DNA of 64,000 bases from assembly GCA_963823655.1 (NCBI GenBank), contig CAWGMK010000010.1, positions 96,001 to 160,000 on the forward strand, read 5' to 3'. Each line of letters starts with the position of its first letter. Position 1 is the stretch's first letter. The translations under genes and the position numbers were made by a program. Below are positions 24,850 to 36,021 of the stretch, piece by piece. Below the pieces are notes generated by a model that was not told where the DNA came from, searched no databases, and saw only the letters and a list, made by a program, of their open reading frames with translations. The DNA comes from an uncultured Bacillota bacterium (GTDB lineage: Bacteria; Bacillota; DTU025; MWDF01).

Positions 24850-26622
24850 TTGAAGACAACACTTACTAAGGCATTGGCCGTTGCACTATTGATAGTAGCA
24901 ATGGCGGCTGTTTCGGTCACCGCGACCGGAACGCTTGCTGGAACGCTGATTAATAACAGCGCAACGGTAAATTACAAGGACGTGAACAATAACTCAAAGA
25001 CTGCTGTAACTTCGAATACGGTTACTACAACTGTAAATCCTGTTTGCGGCGTTGATGTTGACCCCTGACGCCGGTCACGCGGAAACCGTAGAGGATAAAA
25101 TCAGGGAATATGCATTCATTATAACCAACACAGGCAATGACTACGACTCATTCAGTCTGGCGCTTTCAGGAGTGCCTGCCGGATGGACTGCCGTCATATA
25201 TCACGATGCGAATGGTGACGGCGTTCTTGATCCAGGCTGAAACGACGTAACCAGCAGCACCGGAACGCTTGGATCCGACCTCCCCGACAATCATCGGGCA
25301 TACAAGGGTTGATCATTACGATGTGATCGTCCAGGTCACTGCGCCTGCGGCACCTACCGTCGTGAACCAGACGGCCAATATCACACTGACCGCGACTTGC
25401 ACCCATGCACCCTGCGCACCCGAGCCCGAAGACAGATACTTCCACAATAGCAATGACTGTTCAGACAGGCAATAATGTCGGTGACTAAGACATGCTGAGC
25501 AATTCCAACCCGATGCCCCTTGAGCCGTTCGACTACTACAATAACAGTTTCAAACTCGGGCCTTGTACAGGCATATGATGTTGTTGTAACAGACACCCTT
25601 TCAGGCAACCTTCCTATATAGGTCCCGTATGGTATGACGCGGACGGCACTGGATCTGTATCTTCGGAAGTCAGGTTGCCCGGCGCCTATTCGGCAGGCGT
25701 AATCACAGTAACATTCCCAGCCTTGGGGCAGGCGTCAACGCAACAATCAGCTTCGAGGTCCAGGTAACGGCCGAAGATCCCGTATGACAACGCAGATAGT
25801 AAACTCGGCGAATGTGGCATATGACGATGCTGACGTTAACGATTATCACTTCACAGTAACTGACGATGTGACAATAACCGTCGCCAACCGCGCCGGAGTG
25901 GACATCGAAGCCAATTACACAGCAGTATACCGACCCTGGTGACGTTCTGATGGTTCCTTTCACCATTCAGAACACCGGTAACGGTCCTGACGTGATGGAG
26001 ATAACAACATCGCAAGTCGGCGCGCTTTCATTGACATGGACGATCTACTTTGATGCCGATGCAAGCGGAACATATATCCACCGGCGACACGCTAGTCGTA
26101 AATACCAATGCGTCAGGTGGAATTGATACAGGATCAATGATCAAGGATCAGATAAATCAGGTATGTCGCAGTAGCAACTGTGCCAGCAGGAGCAGTTGAC
26201 GCTTCAGTCGATGCATTGACTATAACTGCAACGACAACGACGGCACCGATAACTCATGATGCAATAACAATCACACATACTGTGAAGGCGCCGATACTGA
26301 CGATAACCAAGGCTGTTGACAAAGCTACGGCAAATCCTGGCGAAACACTGACCTACACGATAACAGTCACGAATATCGGTACAGGTAACGCGACGGGTGT
26401 AGTGATCACGGACGACATCAATGCAATCCTGGACTATGTGACTATGTCCCTGGTTCCATAAAAGTGGACGCAGTCGCTCAGTCGGATGCCGACGATGATC
26501 CTGGACTACTCCTCATACACACAGCCGGCGTGGTTACGGTAAATATACCCACAATTGACGGCACGCTTACTCCTACTCCGAATGTAGACTATGTGATAAC
26601 GTTCCAAGTCACCGTAAAGTAA
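24850..26622 (+). CDS. Secreted DUF11 protein, putative major pilin; heavily frameshifted in this assembly
   Basis: AAGGGAGG RBS; signal peptide; mature start TGTLAGTLINNSATVNY; last domain ILTITKAVDKATANPGETLTYTITVTNIG..VITDD; read directly at 26581-26622: NVDYVITFQVTVK*. Confidence 0.8.
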
Positions 26623-26663
26623 CTTGGGCAATCTGCGCTGCTAAAACCTGTAAGTATGGGACG

Positions 26664-26687
26664 GCCTCCGGCGATAGTGCCGGAGGC
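26664..26687 (+). promoter_or_regulatory. Intergenic GC-rich hairpin without U-tract
   Basis: gcctccggc-gatagt-gccggaggc. Confidence 0.6.
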
Positions 26688-26711
26688 GCGGCCCAACAGG
26701 AGGCTCTATAG

Positions 26712-29700
26712 ATGAACCGTGGCCGTATCTTGACCTATATATCGATTATCCTGCTGGTGCTCCTCATACAGCCTGTTTCGGCAAGGCCTCCTGTTGAGAT
26801 GCCCACAAGGGCGGGGACCGCAATCACCAACCAGGCTAAAGTGGAGTACAACAACCTTGGAGGGGAGGCCTTCCAGGCATCAAGCAACATAGTGATGACC
26901 ATCGTATCCGTAGTCCCCGGCGTGGATATTACTGATGGGTCCCATGTGGCATCTGCCCCTGGTAACGTAGTCATATTCCATCACATGCTCACTAATACGG
27001 GAAACGCGCCTGAAGCGATCAACATAGACGTGGCTAACGCCGCAGGTTTTTTATTCGAAATATTCCACGACTCCGACCTGGACATGGCTTTGACATCATC
27101 GGACGCCCCGTTTTCTGACACCAACGGGGACGCCCTTCCAGATACAGGGATAGTCGACCTCGGTACTTCGGTGTCGATGTTCCTGAAGGTCACGATACCC
27201 TCAAACGCACCGCTTACCATCGAAGCCCTTTTTGGAATAACGGCATCCAGCAGCCTTGACAGCTCCGTTTCGGACTATGCAGAGGATCTAATCTCGGTGG
27301 ACGAGGCCAGACCCTTCATCGATGTTTACAACAGCCCGCAATATGCCTATTTGGGCACAGAGTACAAGTTTGACATAGCCTTCGGCAACACCGGCGACAT
27401 TGCGTTCACATCGGCAACGCTAGTTACAACAATTCCGGACGGGCTCGAATTCGTATCCACCAATAGCGGATACGCATACGATGTAGCCGGAAAGACCATT
27501 ACCTGGTTCTTGGGTGACATCGAACCGGGAGCATCCGGCAGCTTTAGCGTTACTGTGAGGGTAATCTCAGCCGGCCCGGGAATAACATACGTGAAAAATG
27601 AAGCGACTTTAGGCGGAGGTAGCGGTACCAGCCTTTATGACTTCGAGAATACAGGATTGGTCACCACGGCTCCGGCTACGATTGTCCTTGTCGCAAATCC
27701 GGACGTGATAGTAGGAGACGGAATCTCACAATCACTTCTGACAGCAACCGTTCTAGATGCGATAGGAAATCCAGTACCGGACGGAACGCCTGTGGCATTC
27801 GGCACTGAGGCAGGGACATTCCTGCCCAACGGGCTCGCCTCATTTACTGGCATTACGACCGGCGGCATAGCCCAGGTGATACTTGTGGCGCCGCTAATCC
27901 ACGGTTTCGAACCTGTCTCCAATCTTGTGGAAGTGGAAGCGGGCACGCCTGAGACCGGGGAAGCATACGATACCGTGACGATCACATTCTCGCCTGCGGG
28001 AATACTGGGCATCGTCTGGAACTCTAATCTGAACCAGCCTGTACCGGATATCCTTGTGGAACTTCTCGACGGCGATGGCATAGTCATATACTCGACCATT
28101 ACCGGCTCCGACGGAAGGTACATGCTGATAGCCCCCGCAATCGGGCAATACATGGTACGAGTGCACACAAATGAACCTGAAGGCCGCGGCCTTATTGAAA
28201 TGGCAGTGGACGTGCAGGAGGTTCAAGGCGCGATATGGAGCACACCATGCGCGATATTGGGCAGCGCCTTCGTTGATATCGCGGACTTGGCGCTGGCATC
28301 ATCGCTTCAACCACTGGCTGGCGCAGTAATTGGCTTATACAAGGATGGAGCCCTTATTGGCCAGGCAGTTGCTGACGAGTTCGGCGAGTTCGAATTCCTG
28401 AATCTGCCGCTGGGCGATTATGTGCTCAAGGCAATGACACCTTCTGGAAATACTGGTTTCAGCGGCGCATCCCTCGTCTACAACGGTGAAGTCCTTATCG
28501 CAGAATATATCGAGCTGTACGAAGCGGGCAAAGTATATGATGCAGCTAACCTGGCGCCCATCCCGGGTGCCGAGGTGACGCTCCTTTACGCAACAGGCCC
28601 GATGGCAGGCACCCCTGTGCCGCTTCCTGCGACACCTTCTCTGCTGCCGCAGGACAATCCTGCATATACTGACCTGCTAGGCCACTATATATTCTTCACC
28701 GAACAGGGAGAGTACATCCTCAAAGCAACCGCTTTCGGCTATGAGGACTTCCTATCCGGACCGTTCACTCTGGCGGGTCCTGTCGTAAATGCCTGGATAC
28801 CCATGCAGCTCATAACGTCTTCTTCATTGGGAATTAAGAAGCTGTCGAGCAGGTCGGCGGCGTCTCCAAGCGAATCGGTGAAGTTCACATTGAGCTGGAG
28901 CAACACATCGGGCGCCCCGCTTTCAGGAGTGCAGATGGTGGACAAGCTTCCTGTGGAGTTGACAGTGCAGGAGGACACCATCACCGGCGGCGGCATCTAT
29001 GATCCGATTGAGCACACGATTACCTGGTACTACGGCAACATCAACGCTTCTGCGGAGCTTCGAACCGAAGCCTATTTCGCCACCGTGGCAGAGGGCGTCG
29101 ATGACGGGACAGAGCTATTGAACAGAGTCGAGGTATTCTCTGAGGATGGAGCCAAGGCCGCCTCTTCAGTGCTTGTCCTAATTGCCAGGAAGCCCGGTAT
29201 AGAAGTATCCAAAGAGGCCGGATCAACAAGAGTCAGCACGGGCGACATAGTAACCTACAGGGTTGATGTTCACAATAGCGACGAAGTGCCTGCCCCCATG
29301 ACAGCATTCGATGTTGTGGTAGAGGACGTCCTTCCTGCAGGATTCTCTTACATACAAGGTTCAACTTATCTGGACGGGGTCCATGCGGCTGATCCTTCCA
29401 TCACAGGTTCGACGCTTTGCTGGGCATTGGGCGACATTTTAGTGGGCGAATCCCGCTCCATTGTCTATAAGGCTGGAGTCGGTCCCGGCGCAATCTTAGG
29501 CTCAGACAGCGTAAACTCGGCCATGGTTTTCGGGACGGGAGAGAACGGCTATCCATTTGAAGCGGGTCCTGCATCGGCAAGCGTGCTTGTAACCGGACCT
29601 GCATTCTCCTCGCTTGGCTCGATTATCGGCAAAGTGTTCAATGACAAGGATGAGGACGGCTACCAGGACAAGGATGAGCAAGGCATTGACGGCGCCGAGC

Positions 29701-32700
29701 TAATTATGGATGACGGCATGAGGGTATTGACCGACAAGGATGGCCTGTATCATATAGGCCAAGTCAAGCCGGGTGTGCGCTCGATAAAGCTGAACAAGTC
29801 CTCCTTACCTTTCAAGGGAGAAATGACCAACAGCTTCAAGGATGCGACGGGGATCTCGTCATCGTTCTTCGTCGATGTGTATCCATCCGGAATCTCCAGG
29901 GCTGATTTTGCCGTAAAGAATATCAATACCACGGCTTCGCACAGCTTGAAGATGAGCATAGATGCAGGCGGTATGGTGCCCGTCAGTGAAGGCAAATCCA
30001 CCGTCTTGGTAAAGATAAACTATGTTAACGACGGAAACGCAAAGATGGACAACGCGCTGATATCTTTGGCCGCAGTTTCCGGAGATGAATTCGCGAAGGT
30101 GTCCGTTATGGGAGCTGAAGATGCGAAGGTAAAGGATCTCTTGCCGGGGCAGTCGGGAGAGGCAAGCTTCTTCGTATCGGTAACAGGCATAAGCCAGGAT
30201 TACTCCAGCCTGTTGATTGGAGCCGCGGCATACATACCGGGAACAGACGGCGACGCATCTAGCCCTCCTGGATAGGGCGAGCGATGTGGCAGTCCTCTAT
30301 GTGAAGGGCCCTGCTGCCTCGACGGCAGGCTTCTCCATAGAAGTACCCGGTCCGGTGTCCCTCGCCCAAATCGGTCACATCTCCATCAAGACCGTTTCCC
30401 CGCTTGCCACAAATACAAAACTAATGGTCAATGGGGCCGTAGTTTCGAAGGATAGTGTAGGCTCCACTACGAGGGACGGCATACAGGACAAGCTGATACT
30501 TGAATACATAAGCGTTGAGATCAGCACCGGTATCAATGTCATTGAGCTGGTAAATGAGGTAAATGGACGGACCGTGGCTAACGGCCGTAGTGCTCAAAGC
30601 AGGCCAAGCAGATAAATTGATCCTGGCCCACATTCCGACGGGGGAAGGCCTGAATATCGGCTCAAAGATCGCAGCATCAGCCCTTGCAGTGGACAAAGCG
30701 GGTCTTCCTGCAGGAAGGTTCGCTGGGGCGTCCTTTACAGCCTCAGGTGCAGAGTTCATAGGCACGGATGCAAAGCCTCAGGACGATGGCTTCCAGCCGG
30801 GCGCCGGGGAGTTGGGCAACTATGACCTTCTGATGTCCGTAACTGACTCAGATACCAATCTGGCCCTTACAGGCATGATCGGTGACAACAGCACCGAAGC
30901 TGACCTTTCAAGTATCAGGCCTCTTTCCAAGGCGGCCTTCGTTTCCGGCACGATTAGAGCTAACCCACAACTTGAGCGATTTCCAAAGCTCATACATCAA
31001 GGCAAGGGCATTCCTGCGCAAAGAGTTCGCAGGCGGCGTGCTCACACTTAGATACGACTCCGAGCAGGGAACGGTGGACGGCCTTTACTCTGACGCGGCA
31101 GAAGATACCATGTACAGCCTATATGGCGACTCATCGTCAATAAGCAACGCGAGCCCGTCGGCAAGCCCGTTCTATGCGAGATTCTCGGCAAGCGGCATCT
31201 ACGCCATGTGGGGCGATTTCCAGCCTCTATACCAGGGGGCGGAGCTGTCGAGCTTCAAATCGAAGTTCACAGGCCTTTCTGCCGGGGTGAGCATCAAGGG
31301 CTTCAGCCTTGGAGCATTCGTCGCACCTTTGAAGGACGGCATCAGCACCGAGCGCATAGAAGCTGACGGGACATCAGGATATTTCTTCCTCGATGGCTAC
31401 CCGCTGCTCGCGGGCAGCGAGGCAGTATATGCGATATTGGTAAGCCCTGATGAGGAGGGCATAGTCCTCGAAAGGATAACTTTCAAACGGGCAATCGACT
31501 ATACGATAGATTACGAAACGGGATCCATACTGTTATCCAAACCGTTGCCTTCAACCGACTCCTTGGGAAACAAGTATTTCCTGGAGGTAGTGTATACGAC
31601 GCCCGGAACCGGTATCACCGGCCTTGTGGCCGGCGGCAGGCTACATGCAGACTTCGGAGCCGCCGACGCAGGAATCACTGCGGCTATCCAGAGCGATTTC
31701 ATAAGCTCGGATGCGGTAGTCGGAGCCGACTTCGGACTTGACCTGGGCCAGGCATTTAGGCTCAAAGCAGAAGCCGGCGCATCTTTCTCCGATGGGGTTT
31801 ACGGCGGATATGCGGTTAAAGCGGGGGCAACTTCGAAGATCGGCGTTATTTCGCTGGCTCTGGAAGCATTGGCCACCGACGGCGGGTTCAAAAAGCCAGG
31901 TGAAAGCATCGCCATGAACAGGCAAGTAGGTCTGGTCGGCAAGGCTGAGGTGGACAAAACCAGTCCGATAATCCTGTCGCTGACTTCGGCCAACTACTGG
32001 AAGGGCGCAGCATACGATTTCTCGAGCGACAATAAGCTGAAAGCAGGCTACAGGCTGCCTCTGAAGTTTGACATAGCATTAGGCCTTCAGACATCGTTCA
32101 CATATGATGGCCTTACTGACACCAAGGGTGCCATCTTCGATGCATTCGTTGAGCTTGCTCCGATACCTGAGCTGACTATTGCCGCATACGCCCAGATAGC
32201 CAGGATTGGTTCCCCCAAGGACAGCGACGGGGACTACAGCCTGGCGATTACCTACAAGCCGAACTCGAAGATAGGTATCAGCTTGTCTTATTCAACCGGC
32301 CTGAATGTACAAGACAGGTACCACACTATAGCCCTCTCGGCTGATGTAGCAGTTACGAAGATGGGGAAGGTGTTCGGGAAGGTTAACGTGCCGTTGGCGA
32401 CAGGCTCTGCTAAGGTTCTAAGCCTCGGATACCAGGATGGTTACAAATTATGCGAAGGATTGCAGACGAATTTCCTGATTGAAGGCGCAATCGGCTTCAA
32501 GGGGACGGGCATAGAGCAAAGCGCTACGAAGGTATCGGCGGCCGGCGCGCTGGAATACGCCGCCAAGTCGGGGTTCAAAGCCTACCTCAAACAGGAAGTG
32601 GCATTCCATGCGGCTGAGGGTTTCAAGTCGCTTACAATGCTCACCCTGAGCGGAAAACCTGCGGACTGGCTCAGCGTAGAGGCTACGGCGGCTGGCTATT

Positions 32701-33221
32701 ACGGCAATTCCCCAAGCAGGGAAGGGCTGCCCCTTACAGCGGAGGCGAGCCTGTCGTTGGCTGCCCGTCCTGAAAACACCATATATACCGGGCTGCTGAA
32801 AATAGGAGCAGAATATTTCAGAGGAGAGCACCTTGGAGTGGATGAAGCGGCGGTAGTCGCAACTGCGGTAACGGATTGGACCCTGGAGGCCGGCAAATTC
32901 CTTTCGCTCTTGGCGAAGGTAGGTTACAAGCTTGCTGCCGAGGGCCCGATAGGCGAGGATCTTTCATTGAACAACATCCTGCTTCTGCAGGGCGGCTCCT
33001 CGCTCCACATAACAAAAACAACCGATATCGAGGGCTTTGTAAGGGCGATAGGCTGGGCAGACAACTGGAAGTTCGGTTACAGCGTGCAGATCGTGCAGAA
33101 GTTATTCAACCTTTTCAGCGTGGCGGCAGGTTACAACTCCAGAGACCTTGCCGATACAGACATAGCTGATCAGAAACCTTGGAACGAGGGATTCTACCTC
33201 AAGGCCCTTATTAAGTTCTAA
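26712..33221 (+). CDS. Giant secreted multi-Ig protein (DUF11, Big_1/invasin-like, carboxypeptidase-regulatory-like, SdrD-B-like) with predicted C-terminal beta-barrel; frameshifted ~30.2-31.0 kb
   Basis: AGGAGG RBS; signal peptide; AGTAITNQAKVEY; GDGISQSLLTATVLDAIGNPVPDGTPVAF (Big_1-like); C-terminal part paralogous to 18.4-21.4 kb; ends GFYLKALIKF. Confidence 0.85.
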
Positions 33222-33249
33222 CTACTTATAAATCCAACAAAATCCAGTG

Positions 33250-33286
33250 AGGGGTTGGCATCTAGTATGCTGCCCCTTTTCTTTTG
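33250..33286 (+). terminator. Probable intrinsic terminator
   Basis: agggg-ttggcat...atgctg-cccct followed by tttctttt. Confidence 0.55.
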
Positions 33287-33303
33287 CTCCCAATCCGCTC
33301 CTA

Positions 33304-33344
33304 TTGACAAAAATCTTAAGAATGCGATAATGATAATCGTTATC
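33304..33344 (+). promoter_or_regulatory. Sigma70/A promoter overlapped by a Fur box
   Basis: TTGACA at 33304; TGc-GATAAT at 33323-33331; GATAATGATAATCGTTATC (33326-33344) matches 18/19 of the canonical Fur box; lies upstream of feoAB-fur. Confidence 0.9.
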
Positions 33345-33369
33345 ACTATATAAAAGGGGGGACAGCCAC

Positions 33370-33603
33370 ATGGGAGCTTTCAGACTCAGAAAAGGCCAGA
33401 CTGCCAGGATATGTAGCATCGATGTTGAGCACAGGTCTGCTCCCCATCTAATAGAAATGGGATTTACCCCGGGGTCTTCTTTTGAAGTAATAGGGGCATC
33501 GCCCTTTGGCGATCCTCTAATGCTAAGGCTGAGAGGATATTCCGTAGCCGTAAGGATGAGGGACCTGGCCGCCTTGACAGTGGAAGGCATAGCGGAGGCT
33601 TAG
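33370..33603 (+). CDS. feoA: Ferrous iron transport protein A
   Basis: LIEMGFTPG..SPFGDPLMLRLRGYSVAVR. Confidence 0.92.
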   Translation: MGAFRLRKGQTARICSIDVEHRSAPHLIEMGFTPGSSFEVIGASPFGDPLMLRLRGYSVAVRMRDLAALTVEGIAEA

Positions 33604-35430
33604 ATGAAAGAGGCAAACATGGGCTTAAGAGTCGTTCTCGCCGGCAATCCGAACAGCGGGAAGACAACTTTGTTTAACGCCCTAACTGGCAGTAATCAGC
33701 AGGTAGGAAACTGGCCCGGTGTTACTGTGGAAAAGAAAGAAGGAGCTTACTCCTTTTCCGGGTCGGACTACAGCGTGATCGACCTCCCGGGCACATACTC
33801 CCTCGAACCGGGCACCCCGGAGCAAAGGCTGGCGGGGGAATACCTATCCGGCGGGGGAATTGACCTGATCATAAATACCGTGGATGCCGGCAACCTCTCC
33901 AGGAGCATGTTCCTTACGCTTCAGCTGATGAACAAAGGTATTCCCATGCTCATCGCGGTCAACTTCATGGATGAGGCCGAGAAGACCGGTCTGAAAATAG
34001 ACTTAGCCAAGCTTGAAAGCCGGCTGGGCGTAAAAGTAGTACCCATCTCAGCATTAAAAGGGGATGGCATATCGGAGCTTAGGAGCGCGGCTGCCGAGGC
34101 AATCAAGTCAGGCGTGGCCCCCAAGCCTATTTTCGCATGCTCAAAGGGATGCTCCGGCTGCAGCGCCGCAATCGAAGGGTTTTCATGCATAGACTCAATG
34201 TTCGCCGACTGCGTATCGGCCGCCGAGCCCAAAGGGGCGCTTGCGCTCTTCGACAGGGTTGCGCTTAATAGGTGGCTCGCAATACCTGTTTTCGCCGCGA
34301 TAATGGCGGGGGTATTCACCCTTACCTTCGGCCCTGTTGTAGGCAAGGCTTCGGATCTGATCGACTGGATAGTGAATGTTAAGGCCATTGAGCTGGCAAA
34401 AGCAGCGCTTGCATCGATAGCGGCGCCCAACTGGCTTATCGGTCTGGTAGCGGACGGCGCAATCGGCGGGGCCGGATCTGTGCTGATCTTCCTTCCGCAA
34501 ATAGCCATGCTTTTCTTCCTGCTGTCCCTGCTTGAGGGCACCGGCTACATGGCAAGGGCCGCTTTCGTGATGGACCGCGCCCTGTCATGGCTGGGCTTAA
34601 GCGGAAAAAGCTTCGTTACACTGCTGATGGGCTTCGGATGTACGGTTCCTTCCATAATGGCATCGCGAATCCTTGAGGATGAGGCTGAAAGGAAGCTGTC
34701 CGTCGTGGTTGCACCTTTCATATCTTGCAGCGCGCGCATGCCGATATATGTCCTTATCGCAGGCGCGTTCTTCGGTTCGAAGGCCGGCCTTGCCGCAGCT
34801 TCGATGTATCTTCTGGGGATACTTGTGATGGTGCTCTCGGCCCTGCTTCTAAGCAAAACCGTCTTCAGGAGCCGCTCGGCGGGCTCTTTCGTGCTTGAGA
34901 TACCACCTTACCGCATGCCTCGCCTAAGATATCTCGCGATGTCGACCTGGCACAAGACCAAGGACTTCATTGTAAGGGCGGGCACTTTGATCGTGCTGGT
35001 GTCGGTCGGCATTTGGATTATGGGCAACCTTAGCTTCTCCCTTAAAGTCGTGGCAGATCCTTCGCAAAGCATGTTGGCTACGCTAGGAAGGTTCATCGTG
35101 CCTGTCCTAAGGCCTCTGGGCCTTGGGGACTGGAGGATTGGTGTGGCCCTTCTTTCAGGTGTTGCCGCCAAGGAGATCGTAGCCTCGACCATAACCCAGT
35201 TGGCGGGATCCGGCAGGGAGGCGATGATGTCGATGGGCCTTACTGCGGCTTCTGCGCTATCGTTTATGGCCTTCTCATTGTTGTATGTGCCTTGCGCAGC
35301 TACAATAGTGGTAATGAAAAGAGAGCTCGGAGGCGCCAGGCAGGCGGCGCTGGCCGTTGCCTACGGAATAGCGGTCGCATGGACGGTGTCATTCATAATC
35401 TACAGGATAGGGACCCTGATCCTGGGCTAG
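33604..35430 (+). CDS. feoB: Ferrous iron transporter B (short form)
   Basis: GNPNSGKTT, VGNWPGVTVE, DLPGTYSL, GYMARAAF, GFGCTVP, SCSARMP, AKEIV, LYVPCAAT. Confidence 0.95.
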   Translation: MKEANMGLRVVLAGNPNSGKTTLFNALTGSNQQVGNWPGVTVEKKEGAYSFSGSDYSVIDLPGTYSLEPGTPEQRLAGEYLSGGGIDLIINTVDAGNLSRSMFLTLQLMNKGIPMLIAVNFMDEAEKTGLKIDLAKLESRLGVKVVPISALKGDGISELRSAAAEAIKSGVAPKPIFACSKGCSGCSAAIEGFSCIDSMFADCVSAAEPKGALALFDRVALNRWLAIPVFAAIMAGVFTLTFGPVVGKASDLIDWIVNVKAIELAKAALASIAAPNWLIGLVADGAIGGAGSVLIFLPQIAMLFFLLSLLEGTGYMARAAFVMDRALSWLGLSGKSFVTLLMGFGCTVPSIMASRILEDEAERKLSVVVAPFISCSARMPIYVLIAGAFFGSKAGLAAASMYLLGILVMVLSALLLSKTVFRSRSAGSFVLEIPPYRMPRLRYLAMSTWHKTKDFIVRAGTLIVLVSVGIWIMGNLSFSLKVVADPSQSMLATLGRFIVPVLRPLGLGDWRIGVALLSGVAAKEIVASTITQLAGSGREAMMSMGLTAASALSFMAFSLLYVPCAATIVVMKRELGGARQAALAVAYGIAVAWTVSFIIYRIGTLILG

Positions 35431-35439
35431 GAGGATAAC

Positions 35440-35877
35440 ATGCAAGAGGAACTGCGCACAGGTTCAGAAAGGCACTCGGAGCACAGGAAGCTCGTACTTG
35501 AGTGCATAACTTCTGCAGGAGGCAGGCATCTTACTGCGGAGCAGGTCTTCGAAGAGGTGAAAGGCGTCCACCCGGGGATAGGGATCGCCACCGTGTACAG
35601 AAATCTGAAGCACCTGGAAGAGTCCGGCTCCATTGTTAAATCCATAGTCAGCGAGAGCGGCGCCTCAGTATACGAGGTGGCGGGTCCCGAGGGCTCCCAT
35701 TCGCACCATCATCTGATATGCCTTTCGTGCGGCAAAGTCGAGGACCTGGGAACTGACCTTTTAGACGCCATAGAAAAGCACGTTGAGGACAAGAACGGTT
35801 TCAAGGTCAAGGACCACCGCCTTCAGATCTTCGGCGTATGCAAGTCTTGCTTCGAGGAAAAATCCCGGGGCTGCTGA
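35440..35877 (+). CDS. fur: Fur-family transcriptional regulator
   Basis: HLTAEQV, IGIATVYRNL, HHHLICLSCG, GVCKSC. Confidence 0.9.
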   Translation: MQEELRTGSERHSEHRKLVLECITSAGGRHLTAEQVFEEVKGVHPGIGIATVYRNLKHLEESGSIVKSIVSESGASVYEVAGPEGSHSHHHLICLSCGKVEDLGTDLLDAIEKHVEDKNGFKVKDHRLQIFGVCKSCFEEKSRGC

Positions 35878-36021
35878 TCGAGGCAAAATGCAGCAAACCT
35901 TTCCAATTAGCAAATAACTTGGCGGCTTGGGCCGATTGAATCCTCCCATTTGCCTTTGAAGGTAAATCGGGGCTTTTTGACGAATATGAAAAGATAAATA
36001 TCCGGTGAAAGGAGCATTTGC

